Shown: piece after piece, positions 52,431 to 64,000 of the stretch
How the letters are laid out: every line of letters begins with the position of its first letter
How positions within the stretch are numbered: position 1 is the stretch's first letter
Assembly (NCBI GenBank): GCA_002269645.1
Contig: NIVC01003260.1
Coordinates: forward strand, 1-64,000
Source of the DNA: Macrostomum lignano
Taxonomy: Eukaryota
Direction: 5' to 3'
DNA length: 64,000 nt
Translations under genes and position numbers: made by a program
Notes under the pieces: model-generated
Database searches by the model: none
The model's input: only the letters and a program-made list of their open reading frames with translations
Told to the model about the DNA's origin: nothing

Positions 52431-54192
52431 ATGCGTAACAAAAGCATTGAGAGCTTGCAAAAGAATCTTCCTGACTGGAAGCCAAGCAACTCTGCTTGGA
52501 GAAGCAGAGGAAGTATCAATAAATTATTAATTGAAGATTTGCAGCACAGCGGTATCCAGCCAGTTGCTGCTATTAAAGCAATGCTATTAAAGACTCGGAA
52601 ATACAGCGCGTTCGACTTTCGAGCCGAGTCGCTCAGTCAGCTCCGTTCGCGCCGGCGGGCCGTCCCTGCCAGTCACGACAGCCGATCGGACAGCCGAGGA
52701 GGCGGCGGCGGTGGACGGCCGGGTCAGCTCGCGCTGGTATTGGAGGAGGAGGAACCGCAGCAGACTGTAGAGAAACCTGCGCCTATCAGAAAGGTGCAGT
52801 TTTCCCAAGGAGGATGAGACTACTTGATTTGTCCCCATCCTGACTATCCCACTTCCTATAGGGATAGCCAGGAGACCGAGTTGGATAGCCAGGAGACCGA
52901 GTTGGATAGTCAGGAGAGGGAGTGGGATAGTCAGGAGACCGAGTGGGATAGTCAGGATAGGGAGTGGGATAGTCAGGATAGGGAGTGGGATAGTCAGGAT
53001 AGGGAGTAGGATAGTCAGGAGAGGGAGTGGGATAGTCAGGAGAGGGAGTGGGATAGTCAGGATAGGGAGTGGGATAGTCAGAATAGGGAGTGGGATAGTC
53101 AGGATAGGGAGTAGGATAGTCAGGATAGGGAGTAGGATAGTCAGGAGAGGGAGAGGGATAGTCAGGAGAGGGAATGGGATAGTCAGGAGAGGGAGTGGGA
53201 TAGTCAGGATAGGGAGTAGGATAGTCAGGAGAGGGAGAGGGATAGTCAGGAGAGGGAGTGGGATAGTCAGGATAGGGAGTGGGATAGTCAGAATAGGGAG
53301 TGGGATAGTCAGGATAGGGAGTGGGATAGTCAGGATAGGGAGTGGGATAGTCAGGAGACCGAGTGGGATAGTCAGGATAGGGAGTGGGATAGTCAGGAGA
53401 GGGAGTGGGATAGTCAGTAGAGGGAGTGGGATAGTCAGGAGACCGAGTGGGATAGTCAGGATAGGGAGTGGGATAGTCAGGATAGGGAGTGGGATAGTCA
53501 GAATAGGGAGTGGGATAGTCAGGAGAGGGAGTGGGATAGTCAGGATAGGGAGTGGGATAGTCAGGAGAGGGAATGGGATAGTCAGGATAGGGAGTGGGAT
53601 AGTCAGGATAGGGAGTGGGATAGTCAGGAGAGGGAGTGGGATAGTCAGGAGAGGGAGTGGGATAGTCAGGATAGGGAGTGGGATAGCCAGGACAGGGATT
53701 GGGATTATGGTATAGCAAAATGTACCATATTACATTGTAAATGTACTTTCGGCTCAGCACATACACTTCATGTCAGGTGGACACTATCAGTAAGTACTCA
53801 AGTCCAGTCCTTGATCCCCGCAGCGGCGAGTCTCATTCATCATGCCGCACTCTGGTGACGTGATTCAAGTGCAGCAGAAGCAGTTCAACTCGTGGGGCAC
53901 ACAGACTGCTGAGTACAACAGCATCTCTAATGCGGTGATGTCCGAGGCGTATTACGTGAGCGCCATGAGCGCTCTGCAGCAGCGCCTGCAGATGTACCAG
54001 CTGATGGCCCAGGATGTGGCTGATCACATGAGGCGCCGTCAGCAGCTGCACCGGCTTAGGCGCGAGCGGCAACAGTTGGAGAGCACGTGGCGCAATGTGT
54101 TTACTATTATTAGCTTTGTGACGTCATTATGTATGCTATTTTTAGCATTGCGAATTTCTGTTGGTTTGGCGTTAGAAGTACTGCTGGACTGA
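52431..54192 (+). CDS. Tail-anchored membrane protein with RVxF motif; 5' end uncertain
   Basis: Exons 52431(?)-52793 and 53824-54192, phase 0. The junction reads PIRK|RRVSF, followed by a helical segment and C-terminal TM NVFTIISFVTSLCMLFLALRISVGLAL. The intron is a 21-bp array. Confidence 0.65.
52850..53700. repeat. 21-bp minisatellite (GGGATAGTCAGGATAGGGAGT)n, intronic
   Basis: Read directly. Confidence 0.93.
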
Positions 54193-54614
54193 GTTTTGAT
54201 TAATTGTGCTCGATGTTCGTATTCTCATCACATTAAGTTCTACAGTTAATGCAAACTGCCTAAAGCACATAATACTTAATTTGTTGCCTTCCTTCCTTCC
54301 CACAGAATTACATAAGCTTCAGTTGTCAAAGAACCAAGGCTTTAGCGCAGAAGTCCCTCAGAAACGGCTAGTACTAGCAATCCAGTGACCTAGTGCCCCC
54401 CTTTGGGGCGGCCAATAAGCAAGGAGCAAATCCATTATTCACGCAAATCCATTAAAAAGGGAACATTTTCCTAAGAACCGATTCCTTCTTCATTTTCATA
54501 AATCACCTTATTCGAGTAAAATTGTCGCGGAAACAGATGTTTGCTGTGAATCTCTTTTGTCTAAAAGTAAAAAAAGACAACAAATAAAGCCTTAAAAAAG
54601 ATAGCACGCGTTCC

Positions 54615-55095
54615 CCCCCCCAGATAGCAAGCACCCCCCAGATAGCAAACATCCCCCAAATAGCAAGCATCCCCCCCAGATAGCAAGCATCCCCCAGATA
54701 GCAAGCATCCCCCAGATAGCAAGCATCCCCAAATACCTGTAGCAAGCACCCCCCCCCCAGATAGCAAGCATCCCCCAAATACCTGTAGCAAGCACACCCC
54801 CCCAGATAGCAAGCATCCCCCAGATAGCAAGCATCCCCCAGATAGCAAGCATCCCCAGATAGCAAGCATCCCCCAGATAGCAAGCATCCCCCAGATAGCA
54901 AGCATCCCCCAGATAGCAAACATCCCCCAGATAGCAAGCATCCCCCAGATAGCAAACATCCCCCAAATAGCAAGCATCCCCCAGATAGCAAGCATCCCCC
55001 AGATAGCAAGCATCCCCCAGATAGCAAGCATCCCCCAGATAGCAAGCATCCCCCAGATAGCAAGCATCCCCCAGATAGCAAGCATCCCCCAGATG
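54615..55095. repeat. 18/19-bp minisatellite (CCCCCAGATAGCAAGCAT)n, intergenic
   Basis: Read directly. Confidence 0.92.
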
Positions 55096-55347
55096 GAAAG
55101 TATTGATAGTTAGTGTAGTAATTCCAATCTCAGCTAGACGCTAGTGCAATACTTGAGAGCCAAAGCTTCAATTTAGGCTCGTCAATGAGCAGTGAACGCA
55201 CGAAGCTATGGTTATTCTATGGTCGGAACCCGAACTGAGAGCCGCATCATCAAGCTGCAGTTTGGCCACCGCAATCAACTGAGCTAGCTAGGATAAAAGA
55301 CAAAAGCTTCCCATAAAGCAGTTTTGACAAAGGCAACAAACCAAAGC

Positions 55348-57302
55348 ATGAACCTGCAATCCGAGGAAGCGCTAGCCGACCGACTAAAAAACTGGGAGGA
55401 GCAGCGGCAGCGGCGCGCTGACCAGAGCGCCACCATTGTGAGGCCGAGCGGATTTATCGGCAACCTGCTGGACGCCAACATGAGCTTTCTGTACAAAATT
55501 CCCTCCTATGTATTTGGCCCGTTTCCCCTCTACACAATGGGCCTGGTGAGCAGGCACAATTTCTTTCTGGTTGGCCTAACTTTGCTGCTGATGAAGCTGG
55601 GTCTCCTGATTGCCCTGGCTGTCTATCTGAACATGCCGTCTGCTGCTAAGCGAGCCAGAATGCACCCGTGGGCGTACACGCCGAAGGAGACCGCCCAGCT
55701 GGACAGCATGCTGAATGATTGGCAGGGCTACGTGTTCAGCTTCAGGACTGGCCGGGTGATGTTCAGCTGCCAGCTGGCTCTGACGCTGCTGCTGACGCTG
55801 CTGACGGCCTACGCTCTCACGGGGAAGGTGCCGCGACTGCGGATGCTTCGGATGTCCAAACTGGCCAAGTTTACCAACTTTGTCAGCCTGCTTGTCAGCC
55901 TGTTCCACATCCTGCAGGTGAGGCATCAGGCAATGGGCAGTTCCACATCCTGCAGGTGAGGCATCAGGCAATGGGCAGTTCCACATCCTGCAGGTGAGGC
56001 ATCAGGCAATGGGCAGTTCCACATCCTGCAGGTGAGGCATCAGGCAATGGGCAGTTCCACATCCTGCAGGTGAGGCATCAGGCAATGGGCAGTTCCACAT
56101 CCTGCAGGTGAGGCATCAGGAAATGGGCATAGGCATTTCCACATCCAGCAGGTGAGGCATCAGGCAATGGGCATGGGCAGTTCCACATCCTGCAGGTGAG
56201 GCATCAGGCAATGGGCAGTTCCACATCCTGCAGGTGAGGCATCAGGCAATGGGCAGTTCCACATCCTGCAGGTGAGGCATCAGGCAATGGGCAGTTCCAC
56301 ATCCTGCAGGTGAGGCATCAGGCAATGGGCAGTTCCACATCCAGCAGGTGAGGTATCAGGCAATAGGCATGGGCAGTTCCACATCCTGCAGGTGAGGTAT
56401 CAGGCAATAGGCATGGGCAGTTCCACATCCTGCAGGTGAGGCATCAGGCAATGGGCATGGGCAGTTCCACACCCAGCAGGTGAGGCATCAGGCAATGGGC
56501 ATGGGCAGTTCCACATCCTGCAGGTGAGGCCACAGGCAATGGGCAGTTCCACATCCTGCAGGTGAGGCATCAGGCAATGGGCATGGGCAGTTCCACATCC
56601 TGCAGGTGAGGCATCAGGCAATGGGCAGCAAGGCCGGTAAAATTGCAAATTTCCCCATTATTTTCCCTTTATCCCCGCGACGCCCGCGCAGATGCTGCTG
56701 CCGGCGCCATTCATAGCCCAGCTGGCCAAGCTGAAGCTGCTGGAGCTGCAGTCTGCCGGGCTGGTCAATACCACCCAGCTAAACTTGAAGATATTCTACG
56801 ATAACAAGGCCAAACACTCGGGATCTTCTCACAAGCCATTCTATCCCAGCTTCATGGACAAGGTGCACTTCAACGAGAAGTGCTGCGGCGTGCGCTCCGC
56901 CGACGACTGGATGGAGTTCTCGGCCGAACTGGCCATCTACGCCGAGTTCCTGGCCGAGCGGCCCGGCCAGCTGCCGCCGAGGTTCCGCAGCCACCCGCCG
57001 CTCAGCTGCTACGATCCCAGCACGCATCGGCCGAACAAAAACTCCTGCGCTCCGTCGATTGCATCCAGATACCTGGCTAATCAAGACGAGCTCCTGCCGC
57101 TAAGCATGATAGCCATACTCAGCATTGTGGCCGCCTTCTACCTGCAGCGAGCCTACACAGCTCAGGACGGCTTGGCCGGCCTCGACCCCAAGGCCATCCG
57201 GCTGGCTGGCGACGTCGCCTCAGCGAGCGGCCTGACTGGCGGCTCCGCGGTGACCGACCGGCAGATTGACACCACCGTGCCGCTGGTCTCCGTGCCCACC
57301 AG
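55348..57302 (+). CDS. Tetraspanin-like 4-TM domain (exons 1-2 of the fusion model)
   Basis: Exons 55348-55917 and 56692-57302. Three hydrophobic helices precede a large loop with DKVHFNEKCCGVRSADDW, PLSC and a final NSC, then TM4 LLPLSMIAILSIVAAFYL: the CCG / PxSC / C signature. Confidence 0.8.
55900..56628. repeat. 38/44-bp tandem array built from the exon 1 / intron 1 junction
   Basis: 18 copies of TTCCACATCC(T/A)GCAG|GTGAGG counted by eye. Confidence 0.95.
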
Positions 57303-57581
57303 GTGGGTTGGCTGTTGATAGCCAGCTGCCAGAGTCCCCAGACTGAAGCTGGAGACTGTTGGTGCTGCAGGGCAGACAGTGGGTGCTGCAGGGCAGACAG
57401 TGGGTGCTGCAGGGCAGACAGTGGGTGCTGCAGGGCAGACAGTGGGCACTGCAGGGCAGACAGTGGGTGCTGCGGGGCAGACAGTGGGCACTTACAAGAG
57501 ACACCCAGGCAAGAGACTGGGTGCCAGTGTGAGGGCTGCACCGCATCAAAACCCAATTCTCACTGCACACTCCCTTGGCAG

Positions 57582-63894
<6,313 letters not shown>

Positions 63895-64000
63895 TAGTGC
63901 AACGGCCTTCACTGTCACTTCTAAGTGACTAGAAGAGTTTATACCTGACTGAGATAGTGAAATTATGTTTATCATAGCTATCCTGCCTGTCCTTTTGGGT

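Noticed and set aside
52786-53766. Minus-strand (PDYPTPY)n ORF of 326 aa as a real repeat protein
   Set aside because: It coincides with the intron of a phase-consistent plus-strand gene and has no signal peptide or flanking exons.

Overview
Eukaryotic (metazoan) genomic DNA with GC-rich exons, spliceosomal introns, TTAGGG repeats and many mini/microsatellites. The style suggests a free-living flatworm such as Macrostomum; this is an inference and was not verified. The left half is a transposon-rich region around one intact 3-exon PIWI-clade Argonaute gene (899 aa, catalytic D-E-D-H residues present). It also holds nested Ty3/Gypsy elements, a Tc1 copy, an inverted Penelope-like element with a hammerhead motif, and a decayed Polinton/adintovirus-type major capsid gene split by two nested LINEs (RTE, and an Ingi/I-type LINE with a 2A StopGo peptide, two PHD fingers, APE, RT and RNase H). 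The right half has small host genes whose introns are filled with tandem repeats: two PPxY membrane proteins, a secreted precursor with (KAGKP)n repeats, and an RVxF tail-anchored protein. The most notable feature is an 8-exon model in which a tetraspanin-like 4-TM domain splices in frame into a DC-STAMP-family (DCST1/2, Sneaky, SPE-42-like) protein with a C-terminal RING-like domain. All gene models and counts were derived by eye from the sequence and the ORF track; no database searches were run.
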